A DNA stretch of 52,788 bases from Candidatus Uhrbacteria bacterium (GCA_016206175.1 JACQSB010000002.1:1-52788), one strand, 5' to 3'. Positions 8,817-18,306 are shown, numbered from the stretch's first letter. The notes: generated from the letters alone by a model not told the origin. Made by a program: numbers and translations.

Positions 8817-9161
8817 ATGCATCCTCATAATCGGCATGGAGAACAAGGTCCGAGCGACCATGACGTCGAAAAATATAGACTCGCTCAAGAATTAGCAAAA
8901 GAACTATTTAGTGAAAAACTCGATCCGGCACGCGATTACTTCAGCGAGCTTGAGGAGTTTTGTTCTTCCCGCGGCTTTGCTGTCGATGTCAGCTACAAGC
9001 AAGGCAAGAATTTCAAGGAATGCGCCATTACTGTTAGTTTTTCCCAATTTGGGCTACCCCCGATTGTTCATGCAGAACGGGATAAAAGTTTGTCTGTTGC
9101 GAAAAATCGCGCCGCGAAAAAACTTTACGATCAGCTCGAACAAGATTTACACTCATCATGA
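8817..9161 (+). CDS. Small protein with a double-stranded RNA-binding motif (dsRBD-like)
   Basis: DYFSELEEFCSSRG...KSLSVAKNRAAKKLYDQL matches the dsRBD pattern; compare the RNase III dsRBD at 42.2-42.4 kb. Confidence 0.55.
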   Translation: MHPHNRHGEQGPSDHDVEKYRLAQELAKELFSEKLDPARDYFSELEEFCSSRGFAVDVSYKQGKNFKECAITVSFSQFGLPPIVHAERDKSLSVAKNRAAKKLYDQLEQDLHSS

Positions 9162-9174
9162 AAGCTTGTGCGGT

Positions 9175-10179
9175 ATGGCAACCATTATCGAGATGACTGT
9201 TACACAGTCGCTTGCGTTCTATACTATCAGTCGCCCATCGAGTGTAGCATGCTATCTCGTTTCCACGCCCCAGACGCGCGCCATCTGTTCCGACCCTTTC
9301 GTTTTTGGCGTTCGCTATACCGATTTGCTTCGTGAGGCAAGCATAGCGGCGCTTCAAAGCCTTGCGCTTTATGGTCGTCAGCGTGGGCTGAAAGAACATT
9401 CGGTTGTCGTGCTTAACATTTTACGCGGCGGCCTTAACTATGGTCTCCGCGATGCTTTGGCGAGAGCCTATGGATGGGATGCGCATCGCACGGCATTTAT
9501 TTCGTCCCAGCGCGCGCGGGACGACAATGGAGAATGGCATATCACCGAAAATCGTTACCACAAAATATCATTGCCCGATAACGCGCATATCATTTTTGGG
9601 GACGTGGTCGCAACAGGGGTGAGCTTACAGCATGCGTTGGATCGTATTGTTGAAGTCGCGCGAGAGCAAAGAAAGTCCATACATGGTTTTACTTTTTTCA
9701 CTATCGGAGGCGCTCGTGCTGTTGAAATCCTTGAAGCAGTAGACTACGAATGTCGCCGACAGTTTTCAGAATACGTCGGCAGCTCAATCGTTTACTATGA
9801 GGGCATATTTGGGGTAGCGGATGACACTTCAAAACTTTCAATCGTACTTCCTGGTACTGATTTACTCCACTCTCCCGCTACACTCACGCCCGAGTTCATT
9901 CAGTATCAGGCAACAGCCCTTCCCTATGCTATCGAACGATGCGCGATCTACGATGCCGGATCACGGTCATTCGACGTGCCGGAATATCTGGATGATGTTG
10001 CTGGCTACTGGCGTGCCATACGCGACCTCGCTGACCATGGTATGACATATCGTGATTACCTCACTGAACGTTTTCCCGAAGATCCGCGCCTTTCTGATAC
10101 AGAGTGGCGCGACACACATGCTTCCGCTAATCTGTTGCGACAAGTCGCAGAGCAGCAGCTTGCAAAGACTTTAGTTTAA
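9175..10179 (+). CDS. Divergent uracil phosphoribosyltransferase-like protein
   Basis: LNILRGG (cf. ILRAG), PRPP loop IIFGDVVATGVS (cf. DPMLATGGS), DAGSRSF (cf. DAGDRLF); start probably MATII. Confidence 0.65.
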   Translation: MATIIEMTVTQSLAFYTISRPSSVACYLVSTPQTRAICSDPFVFGVRYTDLLREASIAALQSLALYGRQRGLKEHSVVVLNILRGGLNYGLRDALARAYGWDAHRTAFISSQRARDDNGEWHITENRYHKISLPDNAHIIFGDVVATGVSLQHALDRIVEVAREQRKSIHGFTFFTIGGARAVEILEAVDYECRRQFSEYVGSSIVYYEGIFGVADDTSKLSIVLPGTDLLHSPATLTPEFIQYQATALPYAIERCAIYDAGSRSFDVPEYLDDVAGYWRAIRDLADHGMTYRDYLTERFPEDPRLSDTEWRDTHASANLLRQVAEQQLAKTLV

Positions 10180-10202
10180 GGGTAGTCTTTTCATGTTTGT
10201 GA

Positions 10203-10276
10203 GGGCCCATAGTATAGCGGTAGAACGGTTCCATGGCATGGAACAGGTCGGGGTTCGACTCCCCGTGGGTCCACCA
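10203..10276 (+). tRNA. tRNA-Ala(GGC)
   Basis: GGGCCCA...TGGGTCC-ACCA with G3:U70; anticodon arm GTTCC-ATGGCAT-GGAAC with the A32-U38 typical of this isoacceptor. Confidence 0.95.
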
Positions 10277-10282
10277 GAAAAA

Positions 10283-10320
10283 CATTAAAAAGACTCGAAT
10301 ATGTTCGAGTCTTTTTAATG
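10283..10320. terminator. Intrinsic (bidirectional) terminator after tRNA-Ala
   Basis: Perfect 17-bp inverted repeat CATTAAAAAGACTCGAA-tatg-TTCGAGTCTTTTTAATG. Confidence 0.8.
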
Positions 10321-10368
10321 CGCCATACACTACCATGCCCCGCTATGGTATGCTGTAAGAACAATCCT

Positions 10369-10920
10369 ATGCAACCGCAAGCTCGCATCCCAACAATCAA
10401 AGGTCTTTTTGTCATGAGCCATATCCGTGCACTGCGCGCATCCCATGGCCAGCAAGCAGTGCAAGATTTGGAACGCAGGTATGGCAAGTCAATCGCGTTC
10501 GCGCCATTTGAGGAAGTGCCGGTTCGAGAGGAAGTGGCGATACTTGAACACATCATTGCTATCACCACATCCAGTCTTGCTTCCGATCAGCGGGCATACG
10601 AGGCAGGACGCCTTCATTTCCGTAATTTTACCGAAACGCCTTTTGGCCGCATCATCTTTTCGCAATTCAGAACTCAATTCAAACGTTTGATGATGAATGC
10701 AGGATATGTCGCCGGGCACGTGTTTCGCAATGTGCAATTTTCCTCACGCGAAGGAGGTAGTACATCTGTAATCGTCACGATACGGAATAATGACTATCCG
10801 ATCGACCATTTTCGCGGGTTGTTCCAAGCATGGATGGAATACGCCGGCCTTCGAGGGACAGTGAGAGCGCGCGAGATCCCTCCCGATGGGTACGAGTATC
10901 TCATGACGTGGGAAGATTGA
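10369..10920 (+). CDS. DUF2378-like protein (V4R/H-NOX-related small ligand-binding fold)
   Basis: TIKGLF at the N-terminus, GRLHFRNFTETPFGRI, HFRGLFQAWMEYAG, terminal EYLMTW: the pattern of the myxobacterial DUF2378 family. Confidence 0.6.
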   Translation: MQPQARIPTIKGLFVMSHIRALRASHGQQAVQDLERRYGKSIAFAPFEEVPVREEVAILEHIIAITTSSLASDQRAYEAGRLHFRNFTETPFGRIIFSQFRTQFKRLMMNAGYVAGHVFRNVQFSSREGGSTSVIVTIRNNDYPIDHFRGLFQAWMEYAGLRGTVRAREIPPDGYEYLMTWED

Positions 10921-12359
10921 TGCGTATGCCGCAAGCAAACCACACTCCGAAAGATGTTGAACGCATCGTCAAGCGGCTTGAGTCCTTGCGGCCGATTTTC
11001 GCGCGTGCCGCTATCGGTGATTACTCCGCGGATGTGCCGCCCTACGAGACAGAAGATGAATTGACCGAGTTTGCCGTCGGATTGCAGATTATGCTGGAGG
11101 TCATACGCGAAAAGATAGCAAAACATGAAGAGTTGCAGAAGACGCTTGAGGAGAAAATTGTCGAGTACGCGGATACGCAGCGCGCATTGCTCAATGTTAT
11201 GGAAGATGAAAAACAAACACGCGCTCAACTCGAGCTTGTGCGTCAAAGGGAAGCGGAGGAAAAAAAGAAGCTCGAGATATTAGTTGAGAGTGTAGGCGAG
11301 GGCATTATCGCTGTAGACGAAAAGCTGCAGGTCGTGATGGTGAATTCGGCGGCATATGCGATACTAAAAGCTACAGAGAAAGACATCATAGGCAAACAGA
11401 TATGTGAAGTCATGCAGGTGATGGATTCGGACAAAAAGGTCATTCCCGAGAATGAGTATCCGTGTACGCTTTCTATACAGTTAAAAAAGAGGCTCGTGCT
11501 GGGAAATCTCGAATCACCATACTACCTAAAATCGCTTTATCACGATCCCGTGCCCGTATCCCTTACTTCCACGCCGCTCTTGTCGAATGGCACTCGAGGA
11601 GCGGTGATTGTTATTCGCGACATCTCTGAAGAGGTTGCCCATAGCCGCACAAGAAGTGAGTTTATTACGGTAGCCTCCCATCAGTTAAAAAGTCCGATGA
11701 CGATTATTCGATGGATCTCGGAATGGCTAACAGAAAATGAGACTCTGTCCGAAGAAGGAAAGAAGCTGCTCAATGATTTGCATAGCGCGTCGCTGCGTCT
11801 TACCTCTTTAACCGACACATTGCTCAATGTCTCGCGGCTCGAAGAAGGGATGGTGCGCGTTGACGTCACGTCGGTGGATGTCGGCAAGCTCGTATCAGAG
11901 TATTGCAATCTCCTTTCATCGTATGCGAAGGAAAAAGAAGTGACACTCCAATGCGTTTCTCCATCAACGCCGGTAAAAATCAAAAGCGATGCCGCATTGA
12001 TTACCGTCATTGTCCAAGTTTTGTTGACAAACGCGCTGGATTACACGCTCGCCGGAGGTACGGTTTCTATCGCTGCAGCACGCGATGAGAGCCGTACGGT
12101 GATCAAGGTCTGGGATTCTGGCATCGGCATTCCACAGCAAGAACAGCATCACATCTTCACAAAATTTTATCGTGCGCCAAATGCGGTTCCCTATAAGGTT
12201 GAAGGCACCGGTCTTGGTTTATACACGGCAAAGAAAATCACTGATCTGCTCGGCGGTAAGCTTTGGTTTGAGTCACAGGAAGGAAAGGGATCTATGTTTT
12301 TTGTCGAGCTCCCCGAAAAAATCAAAGCGCGGGAAGGAACGAAACAGCTTGTTTTTTAG
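10920..12359 (+). CDS. Soluble HAMP-PAS sensor histidine kinase
   Basis: TGATG overlap with the upstream gene; HAMP-like AIGDYSADV...DELTEFA; PAS ESVGEGIIAVD...VNSAA...RDIS; H-box ASHQLKSP; N box LLTNALDY; DSGIGIP; GTGLGL; no TM segment. Confidence 0.92.
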   Translation: MRMPQANHTPKDVERIVKRLESLRPIFARAAIGDYSADVPPYETEDELTEFAVGLQIMLEVIREKIAKHEELQKTLEEKIVEYADTQRALLNVMEDEKQTRAQLELVRQREAEEKKKLEILVESVGEGIIAVDEKLQVVMVNSAAYAILKATEKDIIGKQICEVMQVMDSDKKVIPENEYPCTLSIQLKKRLVLGNLESPYYLKSLYHDPVPVSLTSTPLLSNGTRGAVIVIRDISEEVAHSRTRSEFITVASHQLKSPMTIIRWISEWLTENETLSEEGKKLLNDLHSASLRLTSLTDTLLNVSRLEEGMVRVDVTSVDVGKLVSEYCNLLSSYAKEKEVTLQCVSPSTPVKIKSDAALITVIVQVLLTNALDYTLAGGTVSIAAARDESRTVIKVWDSGIGIPQQEQHHIFTKFYRAPNAVPYKVEGTGLGLYTAKKITDLLGGKLWFESQEGKGSMFFVELPEKIKAREGTKQLVF

Positions 12360-12444
12360 CCCCGTGGCGCGTGATCGCCATCTCTTGCGGTTATCGGCAT
12401 ATATTGTAAGATAGCCGCATAGTATTTTATGTTCAAAGAGGTAT

Positions 12445-13653
12445 ATGCCACGAGAAAAAGCTGGATCAAAAGCATTTGTCGAAGGAGTGAGCGAAGCAGC
12501 ATCCGATCGAAAGGAATATAAGGTCGGATCAATGAGTTTTGACGAGGTGCGGAAAGTAATGCCAAAGCTCGCGGACGAATTTCGTACAGACACGGAGGCG
12601 ATCAGAGGCGCACCCGAGCAATCAAAGCGCGGGATCACTGACGCGCTCACCAAAGACCTGCGGCCCAAAGTCGCGCAAGCAAAGGGCGTTGTTGATGCGT
12701 GGCTGATCATAAAGGAGGCCGAGGTGCGCGGTTTGCTTGCCGGTCGGTCGTTCGATAAGGAATATACGTCTCTTGAGCAGCTCTATTCACGATCTGCAGA
12801 AAATCCTAAGCTTGGATCCTTGCGGGACGTAGATGTAAAAAAGGTTATACCAAACCTCGAAGCCCTTTTCCGTGTTATCCGTTCAGATATCGCGAAAAAT
12901 CTGCCAACGATGAGCGGCGAGGCAGCAGAAAAATATTTATATGAAAAAGTTTCAGTCCTTGCAAATGAGTTGGAGCAAGCAAAAGCAGTTGTGACAGCAT
13001 GGTTTTCAATGTTGCCGCATGAAACATACTCTGATGCTGAATCTGTGTCTTCCGGACGCGCGAGCGGATCAACGATCACTGACCAGCAGACAACTTCTGT
13101 ATACGCAAAAGCGGCAGAACTCCTGCGGGAGCAGCCGCCTTCGCGCGGAACAGCTCCACTCGAGACGCGCGGTACGGCCCCGCTTGTAGAAGGCGAGTTT
13201 GATATCGACAGTAGCAAAGTTACATTGCAGAATTTGATGAGTACGTTGATAAACACTGTTATCCGCGGCCCGGCAACGGGGAGAGGTTTTTTACAGAATA
13301 TTGAAGAAAGCTACGGATTATTTCAAAAAACAGTAAAGCTGTACTATTCATTGCGGGACGCAATGTCGTTGCGGTACCGGGGAGAGCAGTTCCATGATGC
13401 CCAGCGAGAAATGGACTCCTACGGAAATGAACTTCGGCATTTAGTCGGAGGAATTAAATCGTTGATGGTCCTTTCCGAAAGCCGGAAATCAGAAATAGGG
13501 AAAGCAAATGTTCCGATCATTGAAGATCGGATCAAAGCCATCAAAGATGATCTTGATCAAGTCTGGGCAGATATCGGGTATTCTGTCGGGACACAACCAA
13601 GCGTATTTCGCGGATCTCGCCAGTTTTTAACGAATCCGAAGAAAGGCAAATAA
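12445..13653 (+). CDS. Hypothetical helical protein with an internal duplication
   Basis: 402-aa ORF; repeated ...KV(M/I)P(K/N)L...QAK(G/A)VV(D/T)AW unit and a SRGTAPLE-TRGTAPLV tandem. Confidence 0.75.
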   Translation: MPREKAGSKAFVEGVSEAASDRKEYKVGSMSFDEVRKVMPKLADEFRTDTEAIRGAPEQSKRGITDALTKDLRPKVAQAKGVVDAWLIIKEAEVRGLLAGRSFDKEYTSLEQLYSRSAENPKLGSLRDVDVKKVIPNLEALFRVIRSDIAKNLPTMSGEAAEKYLYEKVSVLANELEQAKAVVTAWFSMLPHETYSDAESVSSGRASGSTITDQQTTSVYAKAAELLREQPPSRGTAPLETRGTAPLVEGEFDIDSSKVTLQNLMSTLINTVIRGPATGRGFLQNIEESYGLFQKTVKLYYSLRDAMSLRYRGEQFHDAQREMDSYGNELRHLVGGIKSLMVLSESRKSEIGKANVPIIEDRIKAIKDDLDQVWADIGYSVGTQPSVFRGSRQFLTNPKKGK

Positions 13654-13665
13654 CAGCGTATCTCT

Positions 13666-14655
13666 ATGGCGCTTGTACCAACACTCACCCAATACTTGAT
13701 TGAACAGTTATCGAAGCATCCGAATCAGCGGGATCTGGTGCTCATCATGTCCGATCTTGCTGCGATCGGCAAGTATATTTCGCGCGAGACAAACCGCGCG
13801 GGGATTGCCGGCGTGCGCGGCGCCGCTGATGCGATTAACGTGCAAGGAGAAGAAGTGCAAAAACTTGATGTATTCTCCAATGAGCTATGTAAAGATTACT
13901 TGTGCCGCACGGGGCATTTTTGCGCCATGGCATCGGAAGAAGAAGACACGGTCGTGGATATGCGGGGCTTTGGCGAAGACGCGCATTATGTGGTCGCCTT
14001 TGATCCACTAGACGGATCATCGAATATCGACGCGAATGTCAGTATCGGTACCATCTTTTCCGTGCATCGCAAGCGCGGTGATGTCGCCCCCGCAAGCGCA
14101 GAACAGTTTTTTCAAAACGGCCTCTCGCAAGTGCTTGCCGGCTATGTGCTCTATGGCTCCAGTACCGTATTAGTCTTCAGCTTCGGCGATGGCGTGCATG
14201 AGTTTACCCTCGACCAAGGCTTAGGTGAATTTCTCTTATCCAACGAGCGCATTATGATCCCCAACACATGTTCGTACTATAGCACCAACGAAGGCAATAC
14301 ATCGTACATTTCGGAAAAAGACCGCCGTTTCATCGAGTATTTGAAAATGGAACAAAAAATATCGGCTCGCTATATCGGCTCGCTCGTTGCTGATTTTCAC
14401 CGCAATCTTGTGAAGGGCGGCATTTTTCTTTATCCGGGCGTTGACAAGTCGGATACGGGTGATTACAAAGGCAAACTGCGTTTGAATTATGAAGCAAAAC
14501 CGCTCGCGTTTCTTGCCCAGCAGGCCGGCGGGCGCGCTACCGACGGGATGCAAGATATTCTTGATATCATGCCATCATCGCTCCATCAGCGCACGCCGCT
14601 TATCATAGGAAACAAGGATATTGTTGATGAGTACATACTCGCAAATAAATCTTAA
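13666..14655 (+). CDS. fbp: Fructose-1,6-bisphosphatase class 1
   Basis: NVQGEEVQKLD, ASEEE, FDPLDGSSNID, RYIGSLVADFHRNL, GKLRLNYEAKP. Confidence 0.96.
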   Translation: MALVPTLTQYLIEQLSKHPNQRDLVLIMSDLAAIGKYISRETNRAGIAGVRGAADAINVQGEEVQKLDVFSNELCKDYLCRTGHFCAMASEEEDTVVDMRGFGEDAHYVVAFDPLDGSSNIDANVSIGTIFSVHRKRGDVAPASAEQFFQNGLSQVLAGYVLYGSSTVLVFSFGDGVHEFTLDQGLGEFLLSNERIMIPNTCSYYSTNEGNTSYISEKDRRFIEYLKMEQKISARYIGSLVADFHRNLVKGGIFLYPGVDKSDTGDYKGKLRLNYEAKPLAFLAQQAGGRATDGMQDILDIMPSSLHQRTPLIIGNKDIVDEYILANKS

Positions 14656-14664
14656 TAGCATTCT

Positions 14665-15741
14665 ATGTCTCTTGACTACAACGCGATTCGTGAACTCCTC
14701 GGCGATCAAGCCGAGAATTTGTTCTCTTTTAATACGCCTAAAATCCCGCGCGAGCGGCTCCATGTGCCCTCTCCTCAACATGTGCAGGAGATTTTTAGCA
14801 TCTCTGATCGATCGAGCCGCGTACAGGAAAATCTGAAAACATTGTATGCAACCGGCCGACTCGCGAAAACGGGATATCTTTCCATATTTCCTGTTGACCA
14901 AGGCATTGAACATTCTGCCGGCGCGAGCTTTGCAAAAAATCCCGATTACTTTGATCCGGAATACATCGTATCATTTGCTCACGAAGCCGGCTGCAACGCG
15001 GTTGCATCTACGCTCGGCGTGCTTGGGTTGGTCAGCAGAAAATATGCGGATAAGATTCCGTTTATCGTGAAGCTCAACCACAATGATTTTTTGCGTTATC
15101 CGAATGATTACGACCAAAGCATGTTTGCTACGGTCCAGCAGGCGTATGACATGGGTGCGCTTGGAGTAGGAGCGACAGTATACTTCGGATCCCCGGAATC
15201 AAAGCGTCAGCTGCAGGAAGTGAGCCGCGCATTTGCCGAAGCGCACCATCTCGGCCTTTTTACCGTGCTGTGGTGTTACATGCGCAATAACGGCTACAAA
15301 GTAGAAGGAACGGATTACCACACTTCAGCCGATCTTACGGGTCAGGCAAACCATCTCGGCGTTACTATTGAGGCGGACATCATCAAACAGAAACTTCCAA
15401 CAAACAACGGCGGTTATAAAGCGTTGAATGCGGGTGCTTCCAAATATGGTAAGTACGATGAACGCATGTATTCCGAACTATGCTCCGATCATCCGATTGA
15501 CCTGTGCCGTTATCAGGTCGCGAATTGTTATATGGGCAGGATTGGTCTGATCAACTCTGGCGGGGAGAGCGGCAATGATGATTTGCGCGATGCTGTCGCT
15601 ACAGCGGTTATCAACAAACGCGCTGGCGGATCAGGCCTGATCTTGGGCCGCAAAGCATTCCAAAAGCCGCGCGAAGAAGGGATCAAGATCGTACAGGCAG
15701 TGCAAGATGTGTATCTGTGTAAGGAAGTGACAGTCGCGTAG
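14665..15741 (+). CDS. fbaB: Class I fructose-bisphosphate aldolase (DhnA/FbaB type)
   Basis: [57 protein letters not shown]. Confidence 0.95.
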   Translation: MSLDYNAIRELLGDQAENLFSFNTPKIPRERLHVPSPQHVQEIFSISDRSSRVQENLKTLYATGRLAKTGYLSIFPVDQGIEHSAGASFAKNPDYFDPEYIVSFAHEAGCNAVASTLGVLGLVSRKYADKIPFIVKLNHNDFLRYPNDYDQSMFATVQQAYDMGALGVGATVYFGSPESKRQLQEVSRAFAEAHHLGLFTVLWCYMRNNGYKVEGTDYHTSADLTGQANHLGVTIEADIIKQKLPTNNGGYKALNAGASKYGKYDERMYSELCSDHPIDLCRYQVANCYMGRIGLINSGGESGNDDLRDAVATAVINKRAGGSGLILGRKAFQKPREEGIKIVQAVQDVYLCKEVTVA

Positions 15742-15756
15742 CGTTACTTTGTAGGT

Positions 15757-15805
15757 AAATGTAAAAGGAGTAGTACGGCAATCTTGTACGGCTCCTTTTA
15801 CATTT
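15757..15805. terminator. Bidirectional terminator between convergent genes
   Basis: AAATGTAAAAGGAG ... CTCCTTTTACATTT, a 14-bp inverted repeat with inner GTAC/GTAC pairing. Confidence 0.7.
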
Positions 15806-15819
15806 GGCAGTCTCGAGTA

Positions 15820-17367
15820 TTATTCTTTTGGGAAAAGCTTTGTATCGATCTCTTTTGTATCTCCTGAGATACTAATATCATCTCGGAGCTGATATTCCCC
15901 ACTTTGAATACGTGTGAGAAATGCGCCTGGTTTAATGATCCCATTCTCTTGGTTTGCCGATGCCTTCATGCCAGATCGTGGTCGCGGGAAATATCTCACT
16001 TCCATCCCAGGGATATCTGAAGCCTTCTCAACCTCTTTGTGGCGTTTTCTATCGTAGGAAGTGCGCGTTCTTGATATTTTACCCCCACCAATACAAAAAA
16101 TGAGCCGATCATTTTTTGTATCATAGAGTACCTTGCCGATGTACTGTTTTAGTGGTTGTAATTTTTCATCTTCTTCATGCTGTTTTTTTTCGCGTTCATA
16201 TCTCGCTTTTTCATCTTCAGTCATTTTTGTTGTATCCCCTCGTTCCACTTGAGCGTTGCGAATTTCTTCTTTTAAAACACCAAGTGAATGTTGGGCAGCT
16301 GGCGTGAACGCTTCTGGATTTCGAATTACACGAGGACGGATTATGCTTTCAGCCCTTTTTATACTCTCCTCTTTTAGTGTTCCATACTCTTTTAATGCCC
16401 CATAGACTGACTGGCGCAAATCAGAAGCGCTTTCTTTGGGTTTTAATTTTGAACTTTTTAGATAATTAACCGCTCGCCATAAATTCATGACTTTCTCCGC
16501 ATCGTCTTTATAAAGGCTTTGGGCTCGTTCTTGCACCATCGTTGACAAGCGTTCTTCAAGTCCTTTGAGATACGCAAGGTTAAATCCTCGCTTGACTGCA
16601 GTGTCCAGACGCTCATCGCGTGCGCGGTGTGCGTCAGTCGGTGTTTTGGCAGAAAGGAGTTTGTCTCGATACGCATCGCGCGCTTTGTCCGATGAAACGT
16701 AATCAGCGGGCAAGGAAGGATCCATTGGTTGATACTCGGCAAGCAATGCGCGCATCAGCGTGCGTGCTTCATTCGCAAGCATATCAAGTGCGAGCAGGGC
16801 GCGAATTCCATCCGGCACGCGTCCTTCTTTCATATCGTTATCCCGTAGCTGCCATTGCTTTTCGCCGCCATGGCTGATACTTCGCACCAATGTCCGGAGG
16901 AGGCGCATATCAATTGCTCGCGCATCAAAATGAATCGCGAGAAGATCGTGTGTTTGCTCCACGCTACCGGCATCGGATGATATTTCGGGATGTAGACCTA
17001 ACAGCGTTTCTTCTTCTTTGGAGAGAATCATCTCTTCGTCCGGCAGCGGTTTGTGCATGCCCTTGTCGCGCAAATCGCCGTTTTTTCCATCACCGTATGC
17101 CTGGCGTACGTCGGGGTCATTCCATGCGTCGCGGTATGCTTGTTCCAATATGCGCGGCTCACCGCGCTTTTCTCTGCGTTCGTCCCCAAGTTGTGCCGAC
17201 AAAACGAATGATCCTTCGAATAATTCGTTTGCACTCGCGCCCTGCTGTGCGGCGCGTTCGCGCAGCGCGGCAATCTCTTGCGCGATCCTTTGCATTTCCG
17301 GATCATCAAAATATTGTTTTCGGGCAGCTTTTTGCTGATCAATAGGTGTTGCTTCTTCAGTAGCCAT
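15820..17367 (-). CDS. Hypothetical charged coiled-coil-rich protein
   Basis: 515-aa ORF rich in E/K/R, with an AT-rich upstream region; no recognisable motif. Confidence 0.75.
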   Translation of the reverse strand: MATEEATPIDQQKAARKQYFDDPEMQRIAQEIAALRERAAQQGASANELFEGSFVLSAQLGDERREKRGEPRILEQAYRDAWNDPDVRQAYGDGKNGDLRDKGMHKPLPDEEMILSKEEETLLGLHPEISSDAGSVEQTHDLLAIHFDARAIDMRLLRTLVRSISHGGEKQWQLRDNDMKEGRVPDGIRALLALDMLANEARTLMRALLAEYQPMDPSLPADYVSSDKARDAYRDKLLSAKTPTDAHRARDERLDTAVKRGFNLAYLKGLEERLSTMVQERAQSLYKDDAEKVMNLWRAVNYLKSSKLKPKESASDLRQSVYGALKEYGTLKEESIKRAESIIRPRVIRNPEAFTPAAQHSLGVLKEEIRNAQVERGDTTKMTEDEKARYEREKKQHEEDEKLQPLKQYIGKVLYDTKNDRLIFCIGGGKISRTRTSYDRKRHKEVEKASDIPGMEVRYFPRPRSGMKASANQENGIIKPGAFLTRIQSGEYQLRDDISISGDTKEIDTKLFPKE

Positions 17368-17498
17368 ATTATTTATTATATCACGAAATGATAATTATTG
17401 CAATGATACTTTTTCGCACTTTTCACAATTGCTGAAATTTTTTGACACATATTTTGATTTATAATAAAACATTTCAACAGCATATAGTCAAAATACAA

Positions 17499-17527
17499 TT
17501 GACAAAAAAAATGCCAGAACGTATGAT
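17499..17527 (+). promoter_or_regulatory. sigma70 promoter of the TrmB-glmS operon (near-leaderless)
   Basis: TTGACA-17 bp-TATGAT; ATG is 8 nt downstream. Confidence 0.7.
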
Positions 17528-17535
17528 CCCGGAAT

Positions 17536-18306
17536 ATGCATACCGATACCGAGCTCAAGCAACTCCTCATTCGCAGCGGCTTTGATGAAAAGGCAGCTCG
17601 CATTTATCTTGCGCTTCTTGCCAGCGGTCCTTCTCCTGTGCGCCGTGTTGCTGACGCAATCGGCGTAAATCGCGGTACGACGCATACCCTCCTGCGTGAT
17701 CTTGTAGCGCAGGGGGTCGTCAGTTATTACCATAAACAGAAGCGCAAATATTTTGTTGCAGAAGACCCGGAAAAAGTCCTCACGTTACTCCAAGATAAAA
17801 TTGCCGATTTTCAAAAGACGTATCGAGAGCTTGAGTCGCGCATCCCCATGCTGCATTCGTTATATGGCCAAGCGGTGGCAAAGACATCTGTTCGTTCATA
17901 TGAAGGCAGGCACGGAGTTCGTATCGTGCTAGAAGACGTGCTTTCTGAAATGCGGCGAAGCAGTGAAAAACTGTATCGCGTGTATTCATCAGTTGCGGTA
18001 CGTGACGCACTGCATCGGTGTTTCCCCTCTTTCACGAAAGAACGCATCAAACACAACATCTTTGTTCGCGTGATAGCCATCGGCGCCGGCGGAGAATATC
18101 AGGAACATGCTGATCGGCGGTGGCTTCCAGCGGAGCGCGGCACGCCCACCTACCGTATTTTATACGCCGGCAATGTGGTGCATATCAGCAAAAGCGAACA
18201 TGCCGACGAATTGCACGCGTTTGTCATTCGCGACAACGAAATCTATAAAACCGAGGTTATTATTTTTGATCAGCTCTGGACAGCTCTCGACCCTCACTCA
18301 TCCTAA
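17536..18306 (+). CDS. TrmB-family transcriptional regulator
   Basis: GFDEKAARIYLALL...GVNRGTTHTLLRDLVAQGVV winged HTH, YFVAEDPE, YEGRHGVR, C-terminal effector domain ending IFDQLW. Confidence 0.88.
   Translation: MHTDTELKQLLIRSGFDEKAARIYLALLASGPSPVRRVADAIGVNRGTTHTLLRDLVAQGVVSYYHKQKRKYFVAEDPEKVLTLLQDKIADFQKTYRELESRIPMLHSLYGQAVAKTSVRSYEGRHGVRIVLEDVLSEMRRSSEKLYRVYSSVAVRDALHRCFPSFTKERIKHNIFVRVIAIGAGGEYQEHADRRWLPAERGTPTYRILYAGNVVHISKSEHADELHAFVIRDNEIYKTEVIIFDQLWTALDPHSS

Noticed and set aside
8911-9174. 88-aa N-terminal extension of the PRTase-like ORF
   Set aside because: It overlaps the better-supported dsRBD-like gene in another frame; ATG 9175 fits operon spacing.
10234-10240. A32-U38 in the tRNA-Ala(GGC) anticodon loop
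   Set aside because: This is a known conserved feature of this isoacceptor, not novel.
17442-17465. TTGACA and TATAAT pair
   Set aside because: The spacer is only 12 bp; the 17-bp pair at 17499-17527 is the better promoter.
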